A stretch of 64,000 nt of DNA from Dendrobates tinctorius (lineage: Eukaryota): positions 2,604,001 to 2,668,000 of the forward strand of contig NW_027361863.1 of assembly GCF_039654945.1 (NCBI RefSeq). The letters are read 5' to 3'. The position numbers and the translations under genes were made by a program. The notes below the pieces were generated by a model, which saw nothing but the letters and a program-made list of their open reading frames with translations, ran no database searches and was not told the origin of the DNA. Positions 46,043 through 58,000 of the stretch are shown in pieces (positions within the stretch are counted from its first letter, which is position 1; each line of letters opens with the position of its first letter).

Positions 46043-49000
46043 CTGATACAAAAAGAGCACAAATTTCAGTATGAATCGGGTGAAAACGACAAGTGCGGCA
46101 AAAGCGAACACTCAACCCCAAACTCTACATAAATGAGATGTGACATCTGCAAAAATAACGTGTCGGGCGGCACGGCCATGTCCAGCATCTGCAAGATGCA
46201 AAAAAGCAATGTGGCGGTGGCACAGGTACATCCGGCATCTGAAGGACGTAATCGATAACAAGTTCAGTTTCCATCAGGATGTAAGATACACGACCATGAA
46301 AAATAGGTTGTTCCCTTGGCTATGGCCGCTGTACCTGTATAGTGGAAGTGCACCACCACTGTGTAACGCATGCTCCAGAGCTCCACTGCCTCCATACACT
46401 GCAGGTGACAATGCTGTTCCACCGCCGACATCAAAGATAACTACTGCAATCAGAGATAACTCTGATCGTAACAGATCTGAAAGCGGTCGAGGGGCGCCGA
46501 TCAGGTGCCATGGCAGTCAGTAACCTATGATAGGCCCCCCATGTCAGGACTCCTATGAAGCACGGCCAGTGGCCGAGCATCATACACTAATCGCGCACTG
46601 CAGTGTATCGTACGGGTGATCAAATGATTTCAGGTTCAAATCCCCTAATGGCATTAACTAAATATGTAAAGGCCCCGTTACACAAAACGATGTCCCAGCG
46701 ATCCCACCAACGATCCGACATGGATGGGATCACTGGGACATCGTTAGGCTGATCGCTGGTGAGCGGTCACATAGACAGCCCCTCCAGCGATCAGGACCAG
46801 CGAGCAAGCTGGTTTCTAATGTAAACATTGGGTATCCAGGAACCGCGGATCTTGGATACCCGCTGTTTACCTTGGAAACCGGCACACGCTGGTTTCCAAG
46901 GTAAACATCGGGTATCTAAGAGCCGCGCGGCTCCTGGATACCCGATGTTTACATTAGAAACCAGCGTCGCTGATCGCTGGTCTCTCGCTGCCACATGCAG
47001 CGATGCGTGCTGGCCAGCGGGAGACCAGCGATCAAAAAAATGGCCCAGGGCGATCGAGGACGATCAGCGATAACCGGCAGGGGGGCCGGTCGCTGATCCC
47101 CGTCACACACAGCAATCTCACTGTGGCGTCACAAAATCAGCGATCGCGCTGATGAAAAATATGAAAATTGAAATCACCCTCTTTTTCCTCACATGCAAAT
47201 AGGAAAAAATAATAATAATAATAATAATAATAATAATTACATATCTGGTATCTGCATGTGTGTAATTGCACGTACTAATAAAATATCTACCGTAAATATT
47301 TACCCAATAAGATGAAAAAAAAAAAAAAAAAGCCTTTTTCATTTGCTGAACTTCCCCTCAAACATGCCTACAAAAAGCAGTCAGCAGATTGGATGTAACA
47401 AAAATTAGATTTAAGAAAATGGCTACACAAACCAATTTTTTTTTTTTTATTAACAAAGTTCTGAATTTATTTATTATATTTAAAGAGATAAAAAAAAACC
47501 AAAAAACAAAAACAAAACAAAAACAGCACAGTAAAACAAACACAAAAAAATATATCGACACAGCTGCAATAGCCTGGAGAGTCATGGTGACAGGTCATAG
47601 TAACCAAACAAATGCTGTACAAACAAAACAAAATTGTTTTTTTTTTTCCCCCTCCATCATTTCATCCAACTTGGGAATTTTTTTTTTTTCTTTTGCATTA
47701 AATACAGTAATAAAATTTATGGTGTCATTTAAAAATCAATCTTCTTGGGAAAAAAGAAAAAACAACAAGCCCTTATATGGCTGTGTTGATGGAAAAATAA
47801 AGTTCTAAAAAAAATAGTGCAAAAAGGAGAATTATTATCAGTCATACAAACAAATGTAAAAAAAATTTTTTTAAAAGAAACCTGTGGGTCACTACGCAAT
47901 ATTATTTGGTACTAATAAACAAAACAGAACATGGATATTGCTTTTCTTTGTGTCATGTGCTTTACCTGTATTTCATTAACGACTCCTTGGTAGAGCGCGC
48001 AGAACAGTGGAATTCTTCAACTCCGGCACCTTCTAGAATTCTGTGGAGGTTCCTCTCTGTGATGCCACCACCTAAAGGATCAAAAAAAAAAAAAAAAAAA
48101 AAAAAAATGATATGTAAATAAAGTGAAATATTTCCAACCCCCTAATCAAATTTTTTGCGACGTGGTACACTGCACATACTGGCCGTTGACCACCCCATTT
48201 AAAAGACCGCGATGCAATTTTAGCGCTAGCCTCGCTCGTACTGCGACTATTTTCATTACGCTTGTATGTTTTATGTGACACAGCGCTTAGACCATGATGG
48301 ATGATTTGTCCAATTGTAATATAATGGAATCTCAAAGATTATAAAAGGTGCCTGTAATATACCACCTCAATGTGGCGCAATCTCTTCTACTTTCACGCAA
48401 GTATTTAGATTTTGGAAGACCCAGGGGTCACTTGGCACTTCAGTTCTTATTGTCAAGGACTAAGCGAAGCTTCCTTCCAATTGATCGTCAGCAATCTGTC
48501 AGCAAGTGTAGCGTTTCCCTGCAGCGCCTCCACAGGGTAAGTTAGGAATTGCACATTTTAAATGAAAAGGCTTATGTGTACAACATAGAGTACAGGAGAG
48601 GACAAGTCCTCCAGAGAAAGAGGCGCAATATGTATTCGCTCTCTACTCTGGCCAAGAGGGGAGGATCCTAATCTGGGGACCTCTGCATCTAATAACTTTC
48701 TCTCTAAGGGGAGAGTGTGAAGACCACCACAAACTAAAGCTTCCATGTGTAGAGTGCCGACAGCTCAGACATAGTAGCGGCAGATCTTTTCCTAGGGCAT
48801 ATTTAGGCGGCTTGTGGTTTACCTACCGGGCATCACAATGATCCTGCCTTTGGCCTGGAAGAGAAAAACATTATCACGTGACTGAGGATGTATAAGGCAG
48901 ACGGCAGAATATGTTATGTACAGGATAAGTGCTCGGTGTTTCCGATGAATTAACGTTCACGCACGGCTACATAAATCCCCCCCGCTGTGTCTAGGTCCTT

Positions 49001-52000
49001 AGTCCTGTCTGAAAGTCTTCAAAATTATTTTAAAAAGGGGATGAAAACACCCCCACCTCAACAACTTTTCCCTATTAAAGGCAGATTTCAAAAAAAATAA
49101 AAATTGTGCTTTACTCACCCTATCCAGGTTCAACACAGAACCTGCAGCCAATCAGTGAGCTCAAATATTAGCTGCAGACAACAGATACAGGGAGCAGCAG
49201 CAGAGCAGATGATCTGGACCCAAGGAGGGTGAGTGAAGCACTTTCCCCCTAAAATATATAAAACAAACTGCAGCCTGTGGACAGGGTCGGATATCTCCAC
49301 TGATCTCAGGAATGGGGCTCTGGAGTCTCCTTTTTGTACGAAGTGACGGGACTATTCGGCAGCACTGATGAGGTTATGTGGACAGGTGGGCAGTCAGCAG
49401 GTCTCATGCACCCGTACTATTCTGGTGCCTGCTGACGGCACACCGGTCCCGTCCGTGAAAAATCACCAGTGCCAACGGTGCGTGCGTCCTGGCAGAGACA
49501 TGTCTACAAAAGGTCATCAGAAGCACCCACCTCCCCATGTGGAAGTGACCGGCGCCAGAGAAAGTCTTTAACTCTTTCCTGCTGAAGGGCCGACACATAC
49601 ATCATCTCCTAGTATGGGGGGGGGGGGGGGGACACAACAGGTTTATCTGAGCGATCAGGAGTGCGGCTCTGATTGACAACCATGGTTTTGCACTACAATT
49701 ACTCCTGACTGTGCAATTAACCGTAATAAAACCCAATTAAAGAAGCGATTTATAGAAGAAAAATAAAGGGGGAACTCGAGGCCGCAAATAACTATTCTTA
49801 AGGGGTTCATATCATAACCTGCATTACATTAATACATAATAGGCACAATTCAGTCAGAATTATTTGCTTTTAACCTCATCTCTGGCTTCCGGTCACACCA
49901 CTCGACTGAAACTGCCCTTACTAAGGTCACCAATGACCTCTTAACTGCCAAGAGCAAGCGACACTACTCTGTCCTCCTCCTCCTGGACCTGTCGGCTGCC
50001 TTTGACACAGTGGACCATTCCCTATTATTACAGACCCTCTCATCCCTCGGCATCACAGACTTGGCCCTATCCTGGATCTCATCATACCTAACAGACCGGA
50101 CATTCAGCGCCTCCCACTCACACACCACCTCCTCACCTCACCCCCTATCTGTCGGAGTCCCACAAGGTTCAGTCCTAGGGCCCCTGCTCATCTCCATTTA
50201 CACCTTCGGCCTCGGACAGCTCATAGAATCTCATGGCTTTCAGTATCATCTCTATGCTGATGACACACAGATCTAGATCTCTGGACCAGATATCACCTCC
50301 CTGCTAACCAGAATCCCTCAATGTCTGTCTGCTATTTCATCCTTCTCTGCTAGATTTCTGAAACTTAACATGGAAAAAACAGAATTCATCATCTTTCCCC
50401 CATCTCACGTGACCCCCCCAACGAACCTATCCATTAAAGTAAATGGTTGCCCACTCTCCCCAGTCCCACAAGCTCGCTGCCTCGGGGTAATCCTTGACGC
50501 TGATCTCTCCTTCAAACTACATATCCAAGCCCTTTCCGCTTCCTGCCGACTTCAACTCAAAAATATTTCACGAATCCGTTCATTCCTCAACCAAAAATCT
50601 GCAAAAACCCTAGTCCATGCCCTCATTATCTCTCGCCTTGACTACTGCAACCTCCTGCTCTGTGGCCTCCCCTCGAACACTCTCGCACCCCTCCAATCTA
50701 CTCTAAACTCTGCTTCCCGACTAATCCACCTGTCCCCCCGCTATTCCCCAGCTTCTCCCCTCTGTCAATCCCTTCACTGGCTCCCCATTGCCCAGAGACT
50801 CCAGTACAAAACCCTAACCATGACATACAAAGCCATCCACAACCTGTCTCCTCCATACATCTGTGACCTCGTCTCCCGGTACTTTCCTGCACGCAACCTC
50901 CGATCCTCACAAGATCTCCTTCTCTACTCCCCTCTTATCTCCTCTTCCCACAATCGCATACAAGATTTCTCTCGCGCATCACCCCTACTCTGGAACTCTC
51001 TACCACAACATATCAGACTCTCACCTACCATCGAAACCTTCAAAAAGAGCCTGAAGACCCACCTCTTCCGTCAAGCCTATAACCTGCAGTAACCACCGAT
51101 CGACCAAACCGCTGCACGACCAGCTCTACCCTCACCTACTGTATTATCACCTATCCCTTGTAGATTGTGAGCCCTCGCGGGCAGGGTCCTCTCTCCTCCT
51201 GTACCAGTTATGACTTGTATTGTTTAACATTATTGTACTTGTTTTTATTATGTATACCCCTCCTCACATGTAAAGCGCCATTAAATAAATGGCGCTATAA
51301 CAATAATAATAATAATAATAATAATCTCTAGGATAGAAGTTGAAGGAAAAACATGGAGAGGAGTCAGAAGTGGCAGAAAACAATGGATATGATGATTAAA
51401 AAAAAAAAAAGTTAAAAAAAATCAGCTGCAGCTGGTACCCCATTATCTGCTCACTATAATACCCCTGAGTGGGATGGGCAGGTGATGGAGAGATCATGGC
51501 TATGCTCATTATTAGGACTGCTGTGAGAGTAATTACCTGTTCCACGAGCCTCTTTATTAAAGGCAGACCCTCCAGTGCGGAGCTGTCGCACCCGCTGGTC
51601 AGCACCCGCTCAAACCCAAGCGAAATCAGAGTCTCCATAGCCAGTAAGGGGTCATAGACCATGTCAAACGCTGCAATACAACAGCACATGGGACAGTAAA
51701 GGAGCGGAGATGGCAGATCCGTGCAGCACAGCATCATTGCTACCATCAGCCATCATAACCTCAGTTTCCACACGCAGCTTAGGCCATGTGCACACCACGA
51801 CTTGTCCAGGTGGATTCAGCTCTGAAGACGCTCAGTACAAGTCAATGGGAAGATTCAAAAGTCATCTGGACGTCTTAGTGAGCGTTTTGCATGAAAAACC
51901 ACAGCAGATTGAATGGAGTGCAAGAAAAACACCAATAAAAAAAAGAAAATGTCCCAAAAATGCTAAAAAAGCAAAAAAAATGCTGGCAAACAAAAAGTCA

Positions 52001-55000
52001 AAAAAGAGGTGGTCAAGGAACTACAAAAAGTAAAAAAAAATAAAAATAAAAACATGGTGGGGGGGGGGGGGGGGGGGAAACCACACAACAAGACACACTG
52101 GTGTTTCCAGAGTCGTCATCCACTTGAAAAACTCGGCGGGTTTGTCAGCCTGGAAAAGACGTTGTGTGCACATAGCCTTACACAGACCACAAGTTGTCAT
52201 TCTTACCTCGATGGAAAGTGACAGGAAGAGGGCGAGAAATAGCTGGAAGATGAAAGGAACAGAGTTATTCACAGAAGCTCCGTTGTAAAGGACACCTGAT
52301 GTTCCAAAAAGATTCATTAGTGGGTGAGGGGATGTTCAGAGTGTCCCATCAGTTTGGATGAACATTGTGATCCGGGTGACGGTATAGCAGGTCACATACT
52401 ATATACCCATGAGTCCATGCACTGGTCTGCATGAGTCTCCCTTATTTTTTGCTCTCCTTCATGCTGTAAATGTAGTCTTATTCTAGGAGTGGTTATCAGA
52501 ACTGAGAAAATATCCCAAAATTTGAATCGGATAAAGACTCAATTTTGTGCGAGTGTTTTATTCCGTGTGAATGGAATCTCTGCAGTGAAGGAGTAATAAA
52601 AAAAAACCCATTAATATTGTTAACGGGTTTGTCCACTTTGAGGGGTGGGCAATTATTTTGTTTTGTTTACTTAACTGCATGTGATTGGGGCCAAGAGTCC
52701 GTTTTACAATTCTATTTTATTGAAATGTTGCACCTTTTGCCTTCTATAGACGCTGTTTCACACTTTCTGTTGCTGGCTGCAGACTGATTTATCGGAGTCT
52801 CTGTTAGTCATAATTTTTCTGATGGGAGAGTTTTTAACCCTTATCTGTCTTTTTCTGAACTCTTCTTAGCCGATTTAGGACCACATCAAAGTGAAATGCT
52901 TTTCTGCATATTCAACTTTGATCTGGTCCGTGGTCATAAATTAGCTGAAAGGAGCTCCGAAAAAGACACAAAAGAGTTACAAACTGCTGCTGCCTGCAAT
53001 GATGTAGGTTGTAGGTTCAATTCCGGAGGAGACCAGACATCAAGAAGAAAAAATGACTTTTTTTAATTATTCATTTACAAGTTCAGGGTGAAAAATATCA
53101 GAAGACACCAGATGAGATCCACCTCCTCAGCAAAAAACCGGATTACTTACCGGTAATACTCTTTTATAGAGCCGTGACAGCACCCACTGAGAGAGGGGAT
53201 CCGCCCCTAGGAACAGGAAACCTACAGAGAGATAAATGGGGCGGTCCCCCCTCGCTCCCTCAGTCGGGATACAGAGAACAAGAGGAACCGCCATACATGT
53301 TTTAGTCAATCTTTTCCTTGGTAAGCGATTCTAATCTATAGTCACTATATGCTTACTACATCTATGTACATATTTATATACTATTAAAAATTCTCCACCA
53401 CCAGAGAGCCTTGTGAATGCTATATATTACGGGAGGGAAGTGAGTGGGTGCTGTCATGGCTCTATAAAAGAGTATTACCGGTAAGTAATCTGTTTTTTTC
53501 TCTTCGCCACGACAGCACCCACTGAGAGATTTCCAGAGACAATCACCTGGGAGGACCCACCGTGTCAAGGACAGATCTACCAAATGCTAAATCCTCAGAA
53601 GAGGCTAAATCTAGTCTATAGTGACTATAAAAAGGTAGAAGGAGAAGACCAGGTTGCAGCCTTACATATTAGCTCAATCGGGATATTCGCCCTTTCGGCC
53701 CAGGAGGAGGATATGGCTCATGTAGAATGTGCCTTTATACCCTGTGGAGGGTCTTCTCCTTTTGCTGAATATGCCACCGAGATCGCGTCCCTGATCCATC
53801 GGGACAGCGTGCCTCTTGTAACTCCGCACCCTTTCTTGTTACCCTGGAAGGAGACAAAAAGAGCCCCGCTCTGCTTCCAGGGACTGGTGCTTTCTAAGTA
53901 GGCTAGGACTGCTCTCTTTACATCTAAGGCGTGGTATCTATCCTCCTCTGGTGTAACGGGGTTATCATAGGAGGGCAGGTAGATTTCTTGGGATCTGTGG
54001 AATTTAGTGGCTCTCTTAGGGAGATAGGACGGGTCCATCTTTAATACTAGCCTGTCCTGGCCTATTGACAGGAAGGGTGGATCTTTCGACAGGGCTTGGA
54101 GATCACTCACTCTCCTCGCTGACACTAGAGCTACTAGTAGTGCAGTTTTCAATGTAACGTATTTTATTGATACCGAGTGTATGGGCTCAAAAGGGGCCTG
54201 TGTGAAGGCATCTAAGACTAGACTAAGGTCCCATGATGGTAGTCGGGGAATGTGGACTGGGTTCGTTCGCTGACAAGCTGAAATAAATCTAGCCACCCAT
54301 CTGTTACCTGCCACATTGTAGTTATATTAGGCCCCCAGGGCCGACACTTGGACCTTTAGAGTATTGACAGAAAGATTCAACTTCCGTCCCTTTTGTAGGA
54401 ATTCTAAGATAGCCGGGATAGGTATTTCACTAGAACGATTTGCTGAATGGAAGGCTAAGAATTTCTGCCATACTCTAGTGCAGATCCTTGTTGTGGATTC
54501 CTTCCTACTCTGTAGGAGGGTGTCTATTAGACCTTCCGAGAATCCTCTTAGCCTTAATAACTCCCTTTCAAATTCCAAGCCGTGAGACTCAGCCCCTTGA
54601 CCTGAGGGTGGTAACATGGTCCTTGTGACAGGAGGTCCCGATGTAGCGGGAGAATCCATGGGTCTGTGATTGACATGGCTCTCAGCCATGAAAACCATGG
54701 CCTCTTGGGCCAGAAGGGGGCTATTAAGATGACCCTTGCCCCTTCTTCCATTATTTTTCTGATGACCGTCGGCAGTAGTATCATTGGAGGGAAGGCGTAG
54801 GCCTGACGGAACTGCCAGGGTGATTGGAGGGCATCGATTAAGCATGTATAGCGAAGCGAACTTTCCTACTCGCCTGTTGGCTCTTGTGGCGAACAGGTCT
54901 ATTTCTGGTCTGCCCCACCTGGCTGCTATCTCAAAGATGCGTTGGCGGAGCACCCATTCCCCCTGATGCAGGGTGTGGCGACTGAGAAAGTCCGCTCTGG

Positions 55001-58000
55001 AATTGTCTACCCCCCTGATATGGAGTGCCAACAAGGAGTGGAGGTGTACTTCGGCCATATTTAGAATTTTCTCTGCGATAGACATGAGCGGCCCTGATCA
55101 CGTGCCTCCTTGCCGGTTTAGATACGCCACTGCAGTGTTGTCTGATTGAATTCTTGCATGGGTTCCTTGAAGCCGTGGGAGAAATTCAGATATGGCATAA
55201 TATATGGCTCTTAGTTCATTCATATTGGATGAATCCTCTGCTTCAGCTTTGGACCACCGTCCCTGAATCATATCTTTATCTAGGTGGGCTCCCCACCCCA
55301 AGGGACTAGCGTCCGTAGTGACTATCTTTGAGGGAATAATCTGCCATGGAACCCCTCCCGAGAGATTAACCGGGTCTAGCCACCAACTGAGGGAGCAGGT
55401 CACCTCTGATAGGAACATTTTTCCTTCCAACTGCCCCTGTAATCTATCCCCCTCCTGCAAAACAGCCCACTGCAACTTCCTAGTATGGAATTGGGCCCAC
55501 TGAACTGCTGGAATACATGATGTTAAGGATCCCAACAAGGACATGCCTTCCCTTAGTGACATTGTTGGTTTACTGCCTGCCCTCCGTACTTTATTAATTA
55601 TGGCCAGTTTCTTTGTTTCTGGTAGGAGGCATTTTAGACTTACTGAGTCTAGATGAAGGCCCAAGAACGTCTGGCAGGTGACCGGTTGTAGCCTGGATTT
55701 CTCCCAGTTGACTAGCCAGCCAAGCGCATGCAAGGATGAGATAATATCAGCTAATCTCCATCTGCATTGAGAACCGGAATTCCCCACTATTAGTAGATCG
55801 TCCAGGTACGGAACTATTAGGGTATCCTTTAATCTTAAGTGTGACATCACCTCCAGCATTAATTTGGTAAATACTCGGGGTGCCATGGACAGCCCGAATG
55901 GCATTGCCGTAAACTGGAGATGTCGTATTCGACCTTCTAGCATGACTGCCACTCGGAGGAATCTTTGATGCCCCTTGAATATTGGAAGATGTTAGTAGGC
56001 ATCTTTGAGGTCCAAGACTGCCATGAAGCACCTAGGAAACAAGAGTTTTATCGCAGATCGTATAGATTCCATCTTAAAGGATCGTTGCCTTAAAAAGGTA
56101 TTAAGCTTCTTCAAATTGATTATGGTTCTAAATGATCCATCAGGCTTAGGGACAAAGAACAAGGGAGAGTAGAATCCTTTCCCTCTTTCCTCTGTTGGAA
56201 CGTCCACAAGAACATGCTTGGCTAAGAGGCCTGTAATTTCTAATTCCAATGCTTCCTGCTGGACCGGGTATTTCGGAGAGGTCAATAGGAAGGAGTCCAG
56301 AGGCTATAGGACGAATTCTAATCTGAGGCCCTCTGTAACGATGTTAATAGCCCAGGGATTAGCCGTTATTACTTGCCATTGGTGGCTAAAATATAATAAC
56401 CTGCCACCTACCGGTGGATTGGTATTACCGGAACTTGTCCCCTGATTTGAAGGGGCATTTCCCAAATAGGTTACCCTTTTGTCTGGTATCCTTGTTGCCC
56501 CAGCGGTATTGGGGTCTGTACTCCTTTTTTTTTGCCGAATGGGGTCTTCCTGAAGGCCCTCCTGTGGAAGGGAACATACGGGTTAGGGAATCCTTTTTTC
56601 CTTTTCTCCACTTTGGTCAGGATCTCATCTAGTACTGTACCAAACAGGTACTTACCCTGACAGGGCATAGCACAGAGCTTGGCTTTTGTCTGTGTATCAC
56701 CTCTCCATCCCTTCAACCACAGGGCCCGCCAGGCTGCATTGGTCAAACCTGCTGATCTGGCAGCTAATCGGAGGGAGTCAGCTGAGGCGTCTGATAAAAA
56801 GGTTGCTGCACCTATTATAAGCGGAATCCAGGCACGAAGCTTATCTCTAGATGTTCCCGTTTTTATTTTCTCCTCCAGCTCGTCTAACCAAATAAACATT
56901 GATCTCCCCGTACATGTTGCCGATATTGCCGGCTTGAAGGCCCCTGTGCACACCTCCCAAGATCTCTTGAGGAGGGCATCTGCCTTGCGGTCTAGGGTGT
57001 CAGGATAGGGTAAGGAAGATCGGTGAGAAGTGGAGGCTACGGCCGCATCCACCTTGGGGACTTTTGTCCAAGAGGCCAATTCCTCATCATCAAATGGGTA
57101 TCTCCGCTTGGAAGTTAACGGGAGATAGCATTTTTGCCCCTGCTTTTGCCACTCCTTCCCCACCAGCTCCTTTATCGCTGGGATCACTGGAAAAGCTCGA
57201 ACCCTCCTCTGGGAGATTCCAGCAAACATTATTTCCTGAGGGGTTTTGGGGTCCTTAGTGTCCGGTAGCCCCATCGTATTACACACTGACTTCACAAGAT
57301 TATTAATACTGTCAGTGGGGAAGCAAGACTGTTCCTCTTCTTCTGAGGATAAGTACTCCTGGGAAATCTCTGAATCGAGCTCCCCAGCCTCTGAAGGTGA
57401 TCCCTCTGCTGGAGGATTGACCTCCGAAACTATCAGAGCCCCCCAAGGCTTGTAGTTCCTGCCTTATTATCAAATGCATATCTTCAGTTCTTCCTGAAGA
57501 TTACTCCTGTAGGGTCTGTACAATACAGGTCTGACATAACCTCTTTGGATAGTTATCCAGAAGAGGTTGGGAACATAGGGCACACTGTGTTTGGACTTAT
57601 CCGTCCTTTTTGCCTACGGGGTAATAATAATAATAATAATAATCTTTATACATAGAAAAAGATTGCGCCATCAGCTACATAAGCGTGACTAAAAAAAAAA
57701 CACTCACCCGTGAATTTTGTCAGCATCCTACCGGCTGTGGGGTTGGAGGCTCCTGCTGAGGCGTGGAGTGGCTTGGCTTCTTCTCCTTCCGCTTTTTTTC
57801 CGTGGACTCGTTCTGCTTGGAGCGTCCACTGCTACTTCTTCTGGTGCTGCACGTCCTCCTGGTGCTGTCACTTCTTCTAGCGTTGCTATCTCTTCTTGTA
57901 CTGCCATGCAGGGACTCGCCTGGCAATTCTCGTTGGAGCGAAATAGGGTCGTTTGCGGACGACATTGCCGCGCACCGGTGCTCCTCTGGCTGGTGCTTTT

